From the NCBI GenBank assembly GCA_041697335.1, contig JBGUGD010000039.1, forward strand, positions 160,001-224,000: a DNA stretch of 64,000 nucleotides, given 5' to 3'. The translations under genes and the position numbers were made by a program. Origin of the DNA: Vampirovibrionaceae bacterium NZW_1234. Its GTDB lineage: Bacteria > Cyanobacteriota > Vampirovibrionia > Vampirovibrionales > JAGQHJ01. Positions 19,936 through 30,229 of this stretch are shown piece after piece (position 1 is the stretch's first letter; each line of letters starts with the position of its first letter). Below the pieces are notes generated by a model, which did no database searches, was not told the DNA's origin, and saw only the letters and a list, made by a program, of their open reading frames with translations.

Positions 19936-21261
19936 TTAACCAGGCACCTGCTGCGCCAGTTGCGCCAAGCCCTTGACCGTCTCATCAAAGCCCACCGCTT
20001 CATCAACCTGCTGCTTCAAAAAGGCGTCAATTTTGTCTTTAAGCTGAATGGACAGATCGATCTTCGGGTTGGTGCCCCGGACATAGGCACCAATATTGAT
20101 AATGTCCTCGGATTTCCGGTAGGTGGCCATCAGATCTCGGATTTTTCCGGCCGCAGCACGGTGCTCAGGAGCCGTAATGCCAATCATTAATCGGCTGATA
20201 GATCCGAGGACATCCACCGCCGGGAAATGGTTTTGATGGGCCAAATCCCGGGACAGAATGACGTGGCCATCCAAAATCCCGCGAACCGTATCGGAAATGG
20301 GTTCGTTGAAGTCGTCCCCTTCAACCAAGACCGTATATAAGCCCGTAATTGAGCCTTCATCGCTGGTCCCGGCCCGCTCAAGAAGTTTCGGCATAAAGGC
20401 AAAAACACTGGGAGTGTAGCCTCGGCTGGTCGGCGGTTCGCCCACGGACAAACCCACTTCCCGTAAGGCCATCGCCACCCGAGTGAGCGAATCGAGCATC
20501 AGAATGACATTTTTACCTTGGGCCCGGTAGTATTCGGCAATCGTTGTGGCCGTCAAGGCGGCCTTAATTTTCATCAGGGCGGGTTGTTCAGACGTAGAGA
20601 CAACCACCACGGCACGCTTCATCCCTTCGGTTCCCAGGGCCTCTTCAATAAACTCCTTGACCTCCCGGCCCCGCTCACCAACCAGGGCAATGACGGTCAG
20701 ATCCGCCTCGGTATTGCGGGTAATCATCCCAAGCAACGTCGATTTTCCGACCCCGGAGCCTGCAAATATCCCAACCCGCTGGCCCTTTCCGACTGTTGTA
20801 AACCCGTCCAGACTCCGGACCCCCAAGGGCAAGGGCTCGGATATTGAGCGACGGTGCAGAGGCGATGGCGCTTCGGTGGCCACCGGCAAGGCATCATCAC
20901 AGCACAGCTCTCCTCGGTTGTCGATGGGACGCCCCAGGCCATCCAGAACACGCCCCAAGAGGTTTTGACCCACCGGCACTTCCAGGGCCCGATTGGTGTT
21001 CACCACCCGATTACCGGGAGCCAGGGCAATCATCTCGCCCAAGGGCATCATCATCAGCCGGCCGGCTTTGAATCCCACCACCTCGGCTGCCAAGGGAGGC
21101 ACGCCCGGCTGGTCGGAATGAATGTAGCACAGATCGCCCATCTTGGCCCGAGGGCCTTTGGTTTCGATGACCAAGCCCACAATCTGCTCGACATAACCCA
21201 CTTCCGGGTAGGGGGATTGCTGCTTAATCGCCTGCTCAAATGTCGATAAATCCAGCGTCAC
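19936..21261 (-). CDS. fliI: flagellar export ATPase
   Basis: FAGSGVGKS, GERGREV, DSLTRVA; operon position. Confidence 0.96.
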   Translation of the reverse strand: MTLDLSTFEQAIKQQSPYPEVGYVEQIVGLVIETKGPRAKMGDLCYIHSDQPGVPPLAAEVVGFKAGRLMMMPLGEMIALAPGNRVVNTNRALEVPVGQNLLGRVLDGLGRPIDNRGELCCDDALPVATEAPSPLHRRSISEPLPLGVRSLDGFTTVGKGQRVGIFAGSGVGKSTLLGMITRNTEADLTVIALVGERGREVKEFIEEALGTEGMKRAVVVVSTSEQPALMKIKAALTATTIAEYYRAQGKNVILMLDSLTRVAMALREVGLSVGEPPTSRGYTPSVFAFMPKLLERAGTSDEGSITGLYTVLVEGDDFNEPISDTVRGILDGHVILSRDLAHQNHFPAVDVLGSISRLMIGITAPEHRAAAGKIRDLMATYRKSEDIINIGAYVRGTNPKIDLSIQLKDKIDAFLKQQVDEAVGFDETVKGLAQLAQQVPG

Positions 21262-22151
21262 GAAAGGGCCTCGTCACTCTCCTGAACCATCAGGGGCTCT
21301 TGTTCTGAGATCTCTTCTGCAGGCCCGTTTTGAATAAAGCTCACCATGGCCTCCCGATCGGCGTCGGCCTCGGCTTTAAGCACGGCCTCCACCGACGCCA
21401 TATAGGCTTCGGCTTGGCTTTCCGGAGAAATGGCATACATCGCCTCGGTTCCGAACAAGTACATATCATACCCCGTACACGTGGGGTCCGGTTGAATGAT
21501 AACCCTTCGATTGGCCGAAAGCTGGGCTATCGCCTCGGCACAGTGTTCTTGTAAAAGTTGAAACACATCATAGCTGACGGCAATCTTGGCTTCCCCAGTT
21601 ACCTGAAGCTGACGCACCGCCCGTTCCAGGAGATTAAGCACCTGGTCAGGCGTGGTTTTTAGCTCTTCCCCCAAAATGGTCTGAACCAGATACCGAATGA
21701 GATTTGCCAGTTGAAAGCGATGTTTGAAGATAACGGATTGCTGGGCTTCCAGCGCCCGCTCAAAAACCTGCTCGGCCACATACACGTGGGCTGCCATTTC
21801 CTCACGCATCTGGGCAATCCCTTGGGACAACCCGGCACGAAAACCTTCTTCCTGAGCTTGCTGTAAGATGGCATCACGCTGTTGCTGCCCTTCTTCCACA
21901 ACAATACGTTGCGCCCGCTCTTCGGCCGCAGCTAAGATCTGTTGGGCCTGTTGCTGAGCTTCTTCAATCATTTGTTGCGCCTGGGCTTGGGCCTGAGTCA
22001 GGAGCTGCTTGGCCTGAATTTCCTGCTGCAAGGGCTTATGGTGAGCCACCAGATAATCATGGTCCAGGACAACCTCGTTGCCCACATCAACTTGTTTATA
22101 CGTATTGGAGCGAAGCACTTTACTCAATGAAGTCTTCCTCTTCCGTGCCAC
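21258..22151 (-). CDS. fliH: flagellar assembly protein FliH
   Basis: AQ-rich helix, AQEEGFRAG GxxxG repeat; between fliG and fliI; start uncertain. Confidence 0.85.
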   Translation of the reverse strand: MARKRKTSLSKVLRSNTYKQVDVGNEVVLDHDYLVAHHKPLQQEIQAKQLLTQAQAQAQQMIEEAQQQAQQILAAAEERAQRIVVEEGQQQRDAILQQAQEEGFRAGLSQGIAQMREEMAAHVYVAEQVFERALEAQQSVIFKHRFQLANLIRYLVQTILGEELKTTPDQVLNLLERAVRQLQVTGEAKIAVSYDVFQLLQEHCAEAIAQLSANRRVIIQPDPTCTGYDMYLFGTEAMYAISPESQAEAYMASVEAVLKAEADADREAMVSFIQNGPAEEISEQEPLMVQESDEALS

Positions 22152-23142
22152 GTGCCACCATAATTTCACCCGCAGCCTCCAGAGCCCGGATGACGCCTAC
22201 AATGTAGGTCTGTTTTTCCTGAACATCGCGAGAGCGAACCGGTCCCATGTAATCCATGTCCTCTTGCAGCATGGCAGCCGCCCGCTCGGACATATTGCGG
22301 AAAATCTTGTCTTTGACGGCTTCAATGGAGCCTTTGAGGGCCAAGGCCAGATCCTTGGTTTCCACTTCACGAAGCACCCGCTGAATGGCCCGATCGTCGA
22401 GGTGAATAATGTCCTCAAAGACGAACATCAGCTCACGGACCCGCAGTGCGCTATCCGGATCGCGCATTTCCATTTCGTCCAGAATGTGTTTTTCCGTGGT
22501 GCGGTCGCTGCGGTTCAGAATCTCGGCCAGCGCTTCCACCCCACCGGATTTGGTAAAGTCCGTGCTCACCACCGAGGAGAACTTGTTTTCCAAAATCCGC
22601 TCCACTTCGCGCAAGACTTCCGGGTTGGTGCGATCCATGGTGGCAATGCGTCCGGCCACTTCAATCTGCATTTCCGGTGCCAGGCCACTCAAAATCGCAG
22701 CCGCATTTTCAGGCCGCAAGTATGCCAAAACCAGGGCAACCATCTGCGGGTTTTCATTCTGAAACGATGCGGACAACTGGGCGGGATCGGCGTTGTTGAA
22801 AAAGTCAAACGGATTGGTTTTCAGCGAGGACACCAGACGATCCAAAATCCCATCGGCCCGACTGGAACCATAGGCACTTTCCAACAAGGTCCGGGCATAG
22901 GCCACCCCACCACTGGCCAGGTAATCGCTGGCCTGGAACACGGTGTAAAATTCTTCCAAAATCTGAACCAACAAGTCCTGATCCAATTTGCGCATGGTGG
23001 CAATTTCCAGGGCAATGTGTTCCACCTCGCCCTCGTCCTTGATGTTCTTTAATACCTCGGTGGCCGTATCCGGCCCGAGGGCAATCAAGAGCGCAGCGAC
23101 TTTTTGCGCATTGGTCATATTGTGAATGCTAACAGCAGGCAT
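22120..23142 (-). CDS. fliG: flagellar motor switch protein
   Basis: KVAALLIALG, ENPQ, GGVEALAEILN, MFVFED. Confidence 0.97.
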   Translation of the reverse strand: MPAVSIHNMTNAQKVAALLIALGPDTATEVLKNIKDEGEVEHIALEIATMRKLDQDLLVQILEEFYTVFQASDYLASGGVAYARTLLESAYGSSRADGILDRLVSSLKTNPFDFFNNADPAQLSASFQNENPQMVALVLAYLRPENAAAILSGLAPEMQIEVAGRIATMDRTNPEVLREVERILENKFSSVVSTDFTKSGGVEALAEILNRSDRTTEKHILDEMEMRDPDSALRVRELMFVFEDIIHLDDRAIQRVLREVETKDLALALKGSIEAVKDKIFRNMSERAAAMLQEDMDYMGPVRSRDVQEKQTYIVGVIRALEAAGEIMVARGTEEEDFIE

Positions 23143-23213
23143 CGTTGACTCTCTCCAACAAACAGGTTAATCGCTCAATTCAGTAGTGTGTGTATCGACC
23201 GGATTGGGAATTT

Positions 23214-24809
23214 CTACATATCTTTCATGTACGCCACCAGGACACGAGCCGCTTCTGAGGGGTCTTTGGTGACCAGGTTGTGAAGCGATTCGCGCATCAC
23301 CTCAATCTCCGGATCAAGCTTGGCTTCCAGGGCCGGCAGCTGGACCGAAGACAAGAGGGGTTGGGACTCTTCCGGCAAGACCGCATAATCCACCTCTTCC
23401 ACCAATTCGCCTTCCACCGGGCGCTGGATCAGCTTGTAGAGGATAAACAGGGCCAGAATGCCGAGCACAAAGATACCGGCCATCTGTACCAGACTCAGAA
23501 TCAGATCCTGCTGGCTGGTTTGCTTCAAGATATCCAGAGACTGTTTTTGCTGCTCCTGGTTTTCCGGCGAGAACTGCAAACCACTGACGGTGATGGTATC
23601 CCCGCGACCCAGATCGGCGCCACTGGCAGAGGCCACCAACTGGGTCAATTCTTTGGTCTGACTTTCCGTCAGCACTTTATTCACAACCACGGCAATGGTC
23701 ATCCGCTCCACGGTCCCCGGGGCATGAACAATGGTTTTTTCTTCACTGGAAATTTCGTAGTTCGTGGTAGTGTTGATATTTTCGTAATTGGAATTTTTAC
23801 CCTCTGCACCGGTGTTTTGGGCGGCATAGGTGGGGACATTGGATGCCGTTCCGGGCTGTCCGGAATCAGATTTTGGCCCTTGGCCGTCTTTACCCTGGCC
23901 GGTGTAAGCTTCACTATTGCGCTGCACACTTACCGGAATGCCGGTGGGATTTTCAGGCGTACCCCCCGAGGGGATAAAGCGTTTAATGCGAGACTGGGTT
24001 TGATCAAAATTCATCACCGCACTGACCTTGACAACCGCATTGTGAGGCCCGACCACTGCGGTCAGCATTTCCAAGATGTCTTTGGATTTCTGCTTTTCAA
24101 GACGAGTCCGGGCATTGTCGCCATTTTCATCGGTATCACTCTGGGCCATCGCCATGTGATCGTTCAACTCATTGCCCATGGAGTCGGACAAGGCAACATT
24201 TTCCGGTTTTAATCCCGGAACCGAATGGGCCACCAGGTTTCGAATGGTCCCCACCTGCTCCGGTTTCAGCCGAAAACCCGGCTCCACAATCAACATCACA
24301 GAGGCTTTTGGATCCACTTTTTCAGTGGCAAACAGCGAATCCTGGGCTTGAGCCAGAATGACACGGGCCTTTTTGATCCCACGTATTTTTTCCAGGGTAC
24401 TGACCACTTCGTCGCTAATGATTTTTTGATCGTATTTTTGTTGTTGCCAGTCCGTCATCCCAAAGGGCAGGGATTTTAGCGCCCCATAGCCCACGGTGCG
24501 ATCACTTTTAACCAAATCTTCTTTAAACACGTTTAAGCGCATTTCTTCTTTACGGCTGCGAGGCACCAGAATGGTGGTTCCATTTTCAGCCAAGCGATAG
24601 GCTACGCCCTGTTGTTTAAGGTTATGCACAATGGCGGCGGCATCGGCTTCATCCAAACCGGACAGCATGACATCAAAATCTTCCTGCGAATGGTTATAGA
24701 AAAAGGTGACCATCAATATGGCCGCAACCGTCAAGGTTCCCAGCAAAATTTTCTGGTTAAAGCTGAGATTCCCAAACACCGCCAAAAACTTTTTAAGTTG
24801 TTCCATCAT
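23214..24809 (-). CDS. fliF: flagellar MS-ring protein
   Basis: Two TM segments, FGMTD, KASVML, AHSVPGL..ENV, DPSEAARVL. Confidence 0.95.
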   Translation of the reverse strand: MMEQLKKFLAVFGNLSFNQKILLGTLTVAAILMVTFFYNHSQEDFDVMLSGLDEADAAAIVHNLKQQGVAYRLAENGTTILVPRSRKEEMRLNVFKEDLVKSDRTVGYGALKSLPFGMTDWQQQKYDQKIISDEVVSTLEKIRGIKKARVILAQAQDSLFATEKVDPKASVMLIVEPGFRLKPEQVGTIRNLVAHSVPGLKPENVALSDSMGNELNDHMAMAQSDTDENGDNARTRLEKQKSKDILEMLTAVVGPHNAVVKVSAVMNFDQTQSRIKRFIPSGGTPENPTGIPVSVQRNSEAYTGQGKDGQGPKSDSGQPGTASNVPTYAAQNTGAEGKNSNYENINTTTNYEISSEEKTIVHAPGTVERMTIAVVVNKVLTESQTKELTQLVASASGADLGRGDTITVSGLQFSPENQEQQKQSLDILKQTSQQDLILSLVQMAGIFVLGILALFILYKLIQRPVEGELVEEVDYAVLPEESQPLLSSVQLPALEAKLDPEIEVMRESLHNLVTKDPSEAARVLVAYMKDM

Positions 24810-24869
24810 GCGCTCAATTCCATGTCGTTGTTAAAACCTTCTCGATAACCCATTCACGAATCATCCCCG

Positions 24870-25199
24870 CTAAATCGCCATGTGACTGATTTCCTGGTAC
24901 GCGGTCAGCAATTTGTTGCGAATCTGCATGGTCATTTCCATAGACAGCTCGGCACGTTCCGTGGCAATCATTACATGGTGCAGCTGGACATCGCCTCCGG
25001 TAGCATAGCTTTGTTTTAATTGCTCGGCGCTGTTTTGTAACTGGTTGACGCTGCCCAGACTGTCTTTCAACAATTGGCCAAAATCCGCCAGCGATTCTCC
25101 CGGAGTCTGGCCATCGGATTTAGAAGCAGTCGAAGATTGCATCAGTTGATGCTGAATTTGTAATCCACCGACTTTGGTAATATCAGCTGAATGCACCAC
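24870..25199 (-). CDS. fliE: flagellar hook-basal body protein
   Basis: LHHVMIA..RAEL.....QIRNKL..AYQEI. Confidence 0.95.
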   Translation of the reverse strand: MVHSADITKVGGLQIQHQLMQSSTASKSDGQTPGESLADFGQLLKDSLGSVNQLQNSAEQLKQSYATGGDVQLHHVMIATERAELSMEMTMQIRNKLLTAYQEISHMAI

Positions 25200-25217
25200 T
25201 CACTCTCCTTCTCATCG

Positions 25218-25748
25218 TTAAATTTCCATGGCCGCTTTGCCCATTGAGCGAGCCGCTTGAATGGAATTGACGTTAGCTTCATAGGCCCGTGTGGCTGAGA
25301 TCATATCGACCATCTCGGTCACGGGGTTGATATTGGGAAACTCGACATAGCCGTCTTTATTGGCATCCGGGTGTGAAGGATCGTAGACAAGACGCATGGG
25401 GGTCTTCTCATCTTCCACGATCTGGGTCACCTGAACCCCTGAAAATCCGGGCATATCCGTCCGAGTCAAGGAGGCCTTCAAGACCGGTGACCCGTTTTCC
25501 ATACTCATTTGTCGCGCCCCATCCACCGTCATTAAACTGGATTGACGCAGTGGCAACGAACTTGCAGTACTTGCACCCTGCATCCGATTATCCAGAATGG
25601 GAGCGAAAACCACATTATGTTTCCGATAAGCACCCAAGGAGCCATCGGCTTTGCGCGTGGTATTCATATTGGCCAGGTTACTGGCAATGGTATCCAGCCG
25701 CAGTCGATGGGCCGTCAAGGCTGATGCACTGATATCATAGGCGTCCAT
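25218..25748 (-). CDS. flgC: flagellar basal-body rod protein
   Basis: ASNLAN, YDPSHPDA..GYV, EMVDMISATRAYEAN. Confidence 0.97.
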   Translation of the reverse strand: MDAYDISASALTAHRLRLDTIASNLANMNTTRKADGSLGAYRKHNVVFAPILDNRMQGASTASSLPLRQSSLMTVDGARQMSMENGSPVLKASLTRTDMPGFSGVQVTQIVEDEKTPMRLVYDPSHPDANKDGYVEFPNINPVTEMVDMISATRAYEANVNSIQAARSMGKAAMEI

Positions 25749-25751
25749 GGA

Positions 25752-26195
25752 TTACTGACCTCCCTTGATGATGCCACGCAACGCGGCAAATTCCTTGCTT
25801 TCCAAGCGGGCCAAAACCTGGTATTTTCCACTGTTTCGGGTCAGCTTGGCCATTTGCGATTCGACATCCACCCCGTTGTTATCCATGCGAAACTGAAACT
25901 GACTGCGCTCCACCTGAGCCCGGGCCTCATCCAGATTCCCCGGGATGGGGTTGGGATTGTAATGCTTTTGACTGGTCACTTTTAACGACCCAGGCGGCAA
26001 AAACCGACTTGCTTGCTGCCCGTGATTTTCGGCCTGAATAGCCTGCTTGAGGTTCTCCTCAAACAGAACCTCACGGGCTTGATATCCGGGCGTTTCCGCA
26101 TTGGCCAGATTACTGGCAATGGCTGTATGACGAGCATACAACCCATCCATGGCCTTGGCTAAAACACGCGATGTTTGTGATGTGAGAAAATCCAT
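25752..26195 (-). CDS. flgB: flagellar basal-body rod protein
   Basis: IASNLANAETPGY, RMDNNGVDVE. Confidence 0.96.
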   Translation of the reverse strand: MDFLTSQTSRVLAKAMDGLYARHTAIASNLANAETPGYQAREVLFEENLKQAIQAENHGQQASRFLPPGSLKVTSQKHYNPNPIPGNLDEARAQVERSQFQFRMDNNGVDVESQMAKLTRNSGKYQVLARLESKEFAALRGIIKGGQ

Positions 26196-26454
26196 AATTA
26201 TCCACTTTACCCACGAAGACTCTCTCTCTATATTTCACTTTACGTGACAGCCCGTCGGCTTACCTCATCTGAGAACAGGAACTTAAAGACATCCCCTCCA
26301 CCATTCAGAGGAGTACTGCCATGGCAAATCGCCAAGGGCATTGAAAAAAAAGCTTATTGGGCTTCAGTGGAGATTTTTAATATCAAATAAGCGAATTTGG
26401 GGCCCTCGCGATGTCGGCCAGTCCTGCAAGAAAAACCCCCAATATCCTTGGGGC

Positions 26455-27030
26455 TTAGGATCTCGACCCGTGTGAGCCTCCATGACCTGCGGAGGTAGGT
26501 TGGGTTTGATTATTTGATGGCCTGTTTTGAAGCATTCGTCGATATTGGGCTTCTAAAGGCCCAATAGGAAGAATTGGATGAGAGAATGGTTGACGAACCA
26601 TTGTTTCATCGGTTAAGTCAGCACTTAAAAAACCTGATTCGGCTAAAAACGGGTTCTGGCCGTTTGGCCCTAAACGTGCGTCTGGACGAATAATTGCAAA
26701 TGGCCGCATGTAATCTACATGGCGCTCCTGTTGCTCCTGAGGTGGATGGTATGGCTGCCCGGTCAACTTACACCAGGCCGCTTTGGGCAATTCAATAAAA
26801 ACATCGCGAAGCACCGTCTTAACGGATTTAAAAAATCCAGAAATGCCGTTGGACACCCAATCCACAAACTTTTGGCCCAAATTGCGATTATCCGGTGCGG
26901 GCGGTCTTGGGTTTAAAGCTTCAAAACTGTCTTCCGGTGTGTCAAAGAGATACGGGTGCAACATCGTGTTGCCACGTGACTCCGAATGTGAGCCGTTAAC
27001 ACCATGTCCTGCTGAAACGGGTTGAACCAT
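26455..27030 (-). CDS. hypothetical protein with a repeated SAGHG motif at both termini
   Basis: 191-aa ORF with GAGGGG RBS, immediately upstream of flgB. Confidence 0.65.
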   Translation of the reverse strand: MVQPVSAGHGVNGSHSESRGNTMLHPYLFDTPEDSFEALNPRPPAPDNRNLGQKFVDWVSNGISGFFKSVKTVLRDVFIELPKAAWCKLTGQPYHPPQEQQERHVDYMRPFAIIRPDARLGPNGQNPFLAESGFLSADLTDETMVRQPFSHPILPIGPLEAQYRRMLQNRPSNNQTQPTSAGHGGSHGSRS

Positions 27031-27169
27031 TTGCGCCCCTCTGCACCCCTTTAAAACACTAATCCCCTATGGGTATAAAAACCAACCGGACGAGAGTTGT
27101 GTCGGATTATTTCGAATGTTTCTAGAGTTGTTTTATAAATATAACCAGCATTTAAGTCGATTTTACAAA

Positions 27170-27736
27170 CTATGATTTTGATTTTTGCTTCTTCGTGGAC
27201 TTACTGACTTCTTTGGCAAGGGCATTGACCAGGTCTTTTTGCTTTTTGCTCTTAAATTTGGTCTTGGGCAGCTTGTTGGGCAACTCCGAGACATTTTGAT
27301 TCTTAAATACCCAGTAATCCAATCCATAGCAACGGCCCGAATCCGCCAGGACCAAGACCCCGAAAATGGTGGTTAGCAGAAACCACAGATTGTGATGAAA
27401 CGGGCTCAGATGTCCGCACAAAAACCATAATCCCACGGCCACCATCAGACCCAAACCAGCAGCTTGCCGCGTAAAAAACCCCAAACCAATAGCCCCAGCA
27501 AGCAACAGCTGGCCTACGGAAAAAATAGTGCCAATCTGCTCGGCATAAGGATACACCACCTGATGCAAAACCCAGCGTACTGGGCCATAGGGATTTGCCT
27601 GAGCAAACACATCCAGGGTCGCCGGCAATTGTTCGATAAAACTGCGATCCAAATTGGGTAAAGCAGACCAAAGCAACCAGCCACCCACCACCACTCGGAG
27701 CAAGGCAACCGACTTTGTTACAGTGGGCTCGCTCAT
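27170..27736 (-). CDS. DoxX-family membrane protein
   Basis: ALLRVVVG, LGFFTRQAA, GRCYGLD; four TM; start re-set to MSEPT. Confidence 0.8.
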   Translation of the reverse strand: MSEPTVTKSVALLRVVVGGWLLWSALPNLDRSFIEQLPATLDVFAQANPYGPVRWVLHQVVYPYAEQIGTIFSVGQLLLAGAIGLGFFTRQAAGLGLMVAVGLWFLCGHLSPFHHNLWFLLTTIFGVLVLADSGRCYGLDYWVFKNQNVSELPNKLPKTKFKSKKQKDLVNALAKEVSKSTKKQKSKS

Positions 27737-27823
27737 CGAAAAAGAACTCTCCCCATTTTGTCTAAAGGCTGTACAATCTGTGTTTAGAAGCTTACCATTA
27801 TCTCTAGGAAAGAGGAAGGCAGT

Positions 27824-29284
27824 ATGCCAAACCCACAATGTCTTATTATTCCAATTGACTCTCGACCAGTCTGTTATGACCAGGTTTTGGACCTTGCAGC
27901 GATTGGAAACGTAGAAGCTCTCTTGCCTCCTCGTAGCCTTCTTAGCTATATGAAAGAAGCCGCACCGATCCCACAACTTTGGGAGTGGTGGCAAAAGGCA
28001 CTCAATCAATATAAAGAAGCCCCTATCATTATGGCCTTGGACATGATTTCCCATGGCGGTCTGATCCCGAGCCGGTTGACACAAGATCCGCTGGAGGATT
28101 TAAAGGCTCGCGTCCAAGTTTTCTTTGATGAGCTTAAGAAAACACACCGTCCCCGCTACGGCTTTACATCCATTCTCAGACTCCCTAATTACAATAATGC
28201 CGAAGAAGAACCTCACTACTGGGAAGGCTTTGGAACTTTGCTGCATGAGTTCAGTGTCATTACTCATCAGCGCGGCAGTATGCCGGAACATATTTTGAAC
28301 CAGGTACCAGGTCCTTATATGCAGGATTTTCTGGAACGTCGGCAACGCAACTTTCAGTTGAATCAATCTCACATAAGCTTGTTGGAAAAAGGCTTATTGG
28401 ACTTCCTGATTTACTGTCAGGATGACACAGGGCCAGTTGGTCTTCCGGTACAGGAGGCTGACTTTTTCAAAAATGAACTTCGTAAGCGCCGACTCCATAT
28501 GAAAGGCGTGGTTCAGACGGGCGCAGATGAAGTTGCACTCCTTCTTTTAGCCAAGTCACTTTGGGCAAAAGAAGTACAAACCTTAAAAGTTTATCCATGG
28601 TTCTTTCCTGACCACGGACGAAAAATTATGGCGTTATTCGACGGCGTTCCTGTTGGCAACGTCGTACAACGCCATTTACAATCTGTTGGTGCAACACCAT
28701 GCCTGGCACCCAAAGATGCGGATTTTATTTTGATGATAAACGCGCCTCACACTAAAATGGGTGATCACTGTGTCAACGAATCTCACATTGACAATAAATC
28801 CTACATTCCTGAAGCTGTTGAAGCCCTTAAAACCTGGCTGCCTTCGAAAAACATTGTTTTGGCTGATGTTGCCTTTGCAAATGGGGGCGACCCAGCTCTA
28901 ATGAATGCATGCCTGGATGCAGGTGTACCCTTAGACAAGTTATCCGGCTACTCAGGCTGGAACACACCTGGAAATGCCATTGGGACAGCCATAGCTATTG
29001 GAGCAATGACTACCTGGGCTCAACGCCATAATTGTTACAACCCAGAAGCCAAGCAGCGCCTCCTATTTAAACGACTCCTGGATGATTGGCATTATCAAGG
29101 CGAGGTCCGGATGCAGTTACGGCAAAAATCACAAAAAGACAGCCTGATTAGCATTGATGAATTACAACAGGTTTTACAGCCACGAATCGATAACTTGAAA
29201 GGGCTTTTAGGGTTGCCAACACTTCAAGCAGATGTGAGTTTTCCTTGCTTCCGCTTATTTGAGATCGACGTCAAACTAACCTAG
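27824..29284 (+). CDS. DUF4127-family protein
   Basis: IPIDSRP, HGGLIPSR, QDD, GADE, ADVAFANGGD, YSGWNTPGNAIG. Confidence 0.85.
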   Translation: MPNPQCLIIPIDSRPVCYDQVLDLAAIGNVEALLPPRSLLSYMKEAAPIPQLWEWWQKALNQYKEAPIIMALDMISHGGLIPSRLTQDPLEDLKARVQVFFDELKKTHRPRYGFTSILRLPNYNNAEEEPHYWEGFGTLLHEFSVITHQRGSMPEHILNQVPGPYMQDFLERRQRNFQLNQSHISLLEKGLLDFLIYCQDDTGPVGLPVQEADFFKNELRKRRLHMKGVVQTGADEVALLLLAKSLWAKEVQTLKVYPWFFPDHGRKIMALFDGVPVGNVVQRHLQSVGATPCLAPKDADFILMINAPHTKMGDHCVNESHIDNKSYIPEAVEALKTWLPSKNIVLADVAFANGGDPALMNACLDAGVPLDKLSGYSGWNTPGNAIGTAIAIGAMTTWAQRHNCYNPEAKQRLLFKRLLDDWHYQGEVRMQLRQKSQKDSLISIDELQQVLQPRIDNLKGLLGLPTLQADVSFPCFRLFEIDVKLT

Positions 29285-29289
29285 TCTTC

Positions 29290-30072
29290 ATGAATTGCCT
29301 GTCCAGTCTTCAGAATCCTAAAGTCAAAGCAGTGGTGCGGCTTCATCAGCGAAAGCATCGGGATGCCGAAAATCGTATCCTTGTGGAAGGTCAGCATCCG
29401 GTGGCAGAAGCCTTGGCCTTAGGGGTGGTTTTGGAGGATCTGTTTGTCACGGATCCCACCTTCATTCCACCGGGCTATCCCGATTCATTCACGGTTGTTT
29501 CCCCGGACGTTATGGCAAAAATGAGCACCACCGACTCGCCCGCACCTATCTTGGCTGTTGCCCAAAAACCCGCTCAACCGGAGCGCTCCTTTCTAAAAAA
29601 ACCCCAAGTGAAGCTCCTGGCATTACTGGATCTACAAGATCCCGGCAATGTGGGAACCCTGATTCGAGCCGCCTGTGCCTTTGGCTTGCAGGGTCTCATC
29701 ATGGTGGGGCAGGCTGTCGATCCCTTTCATCCCAAGATCATCCGGTCGTCGGCAGGCATGATTTTTAAACTGCCGGTGTTATCCGAGCCCAATGTATCTT
29801 CCTTATTCTCGACCCTGGACACCTATGGTCCGTTTCAGATTTGGGCAGCCGATGCCCATCAGGGCCAATCCTATAAGCACACAAACTTTGGCACGAAATG
29901 GGTGTTATTAATGGGCAGCGAAGCCCATGGCATTCCACAAGACGCATGGGATAAAGCACAGGCCATTCATATTCCTTCGGAGCCCCAGGTGGAATCGCTC
30001 AATGTGGCTGTGGCAGGGGCTATCTTAATGGCTGAAGCCTACCAGCAAGAACGCCCGTTATCACCACGATAA
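29290..30072 (+). CDS. TrmH/SpoU-family RNA methyltransferase
   Basis: QDPGNVGTLIR, GSEAHG, VESLNVAVA. Confidence 0.93.
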   Translation: MNCLSSLQNPKVKAVVRLHQRKHRDAENRILVEGQHPVAEALALGVVLEDLFVTDPTFIPPGYPDSFTVVSPDVMAKMSTTDSPAPILAVAQKPAQPERSFLKKPQVKLLALLDLQDPGNVGTLIRAACAFGLQGLIMVGQAVDPFHPKIIRSSAGMIFKLPVLSEPNVSSLFSTLDTYGPFQIWAADAHQGQSYKHTNFGTKWVLLMGSEAHGIPQDAWDKAQAIHIPSEPQVESLNVAVAGAILMAEAYQQERPLSPR

Positions 30073-30229
30073 TTCATGAGTAAATTTTAAAAAACAATTT
30101 TTCAAAATCCGCTAAAAAACCAGCGTGGTGTTTTCTAGCGGATAGGAATCTCATGAAAAAACTTCATAAATTGAAATAAAATATAAATTTTTTCATCACA
30201 AAAGGTTTAATTCATGTAGATGTTCGTGT

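Noticed and set aside
23192..23218. sigma28 promoter before fliG
   Set aside because: GTCGATAC is present but the -35 box is poor (TGTA) and the site is internal to an operon
19936..26195. Non-flagellar injectisome
   Set aside because: The presence of flgB, flgC, fliE and fliG identifies a flagellar basal body
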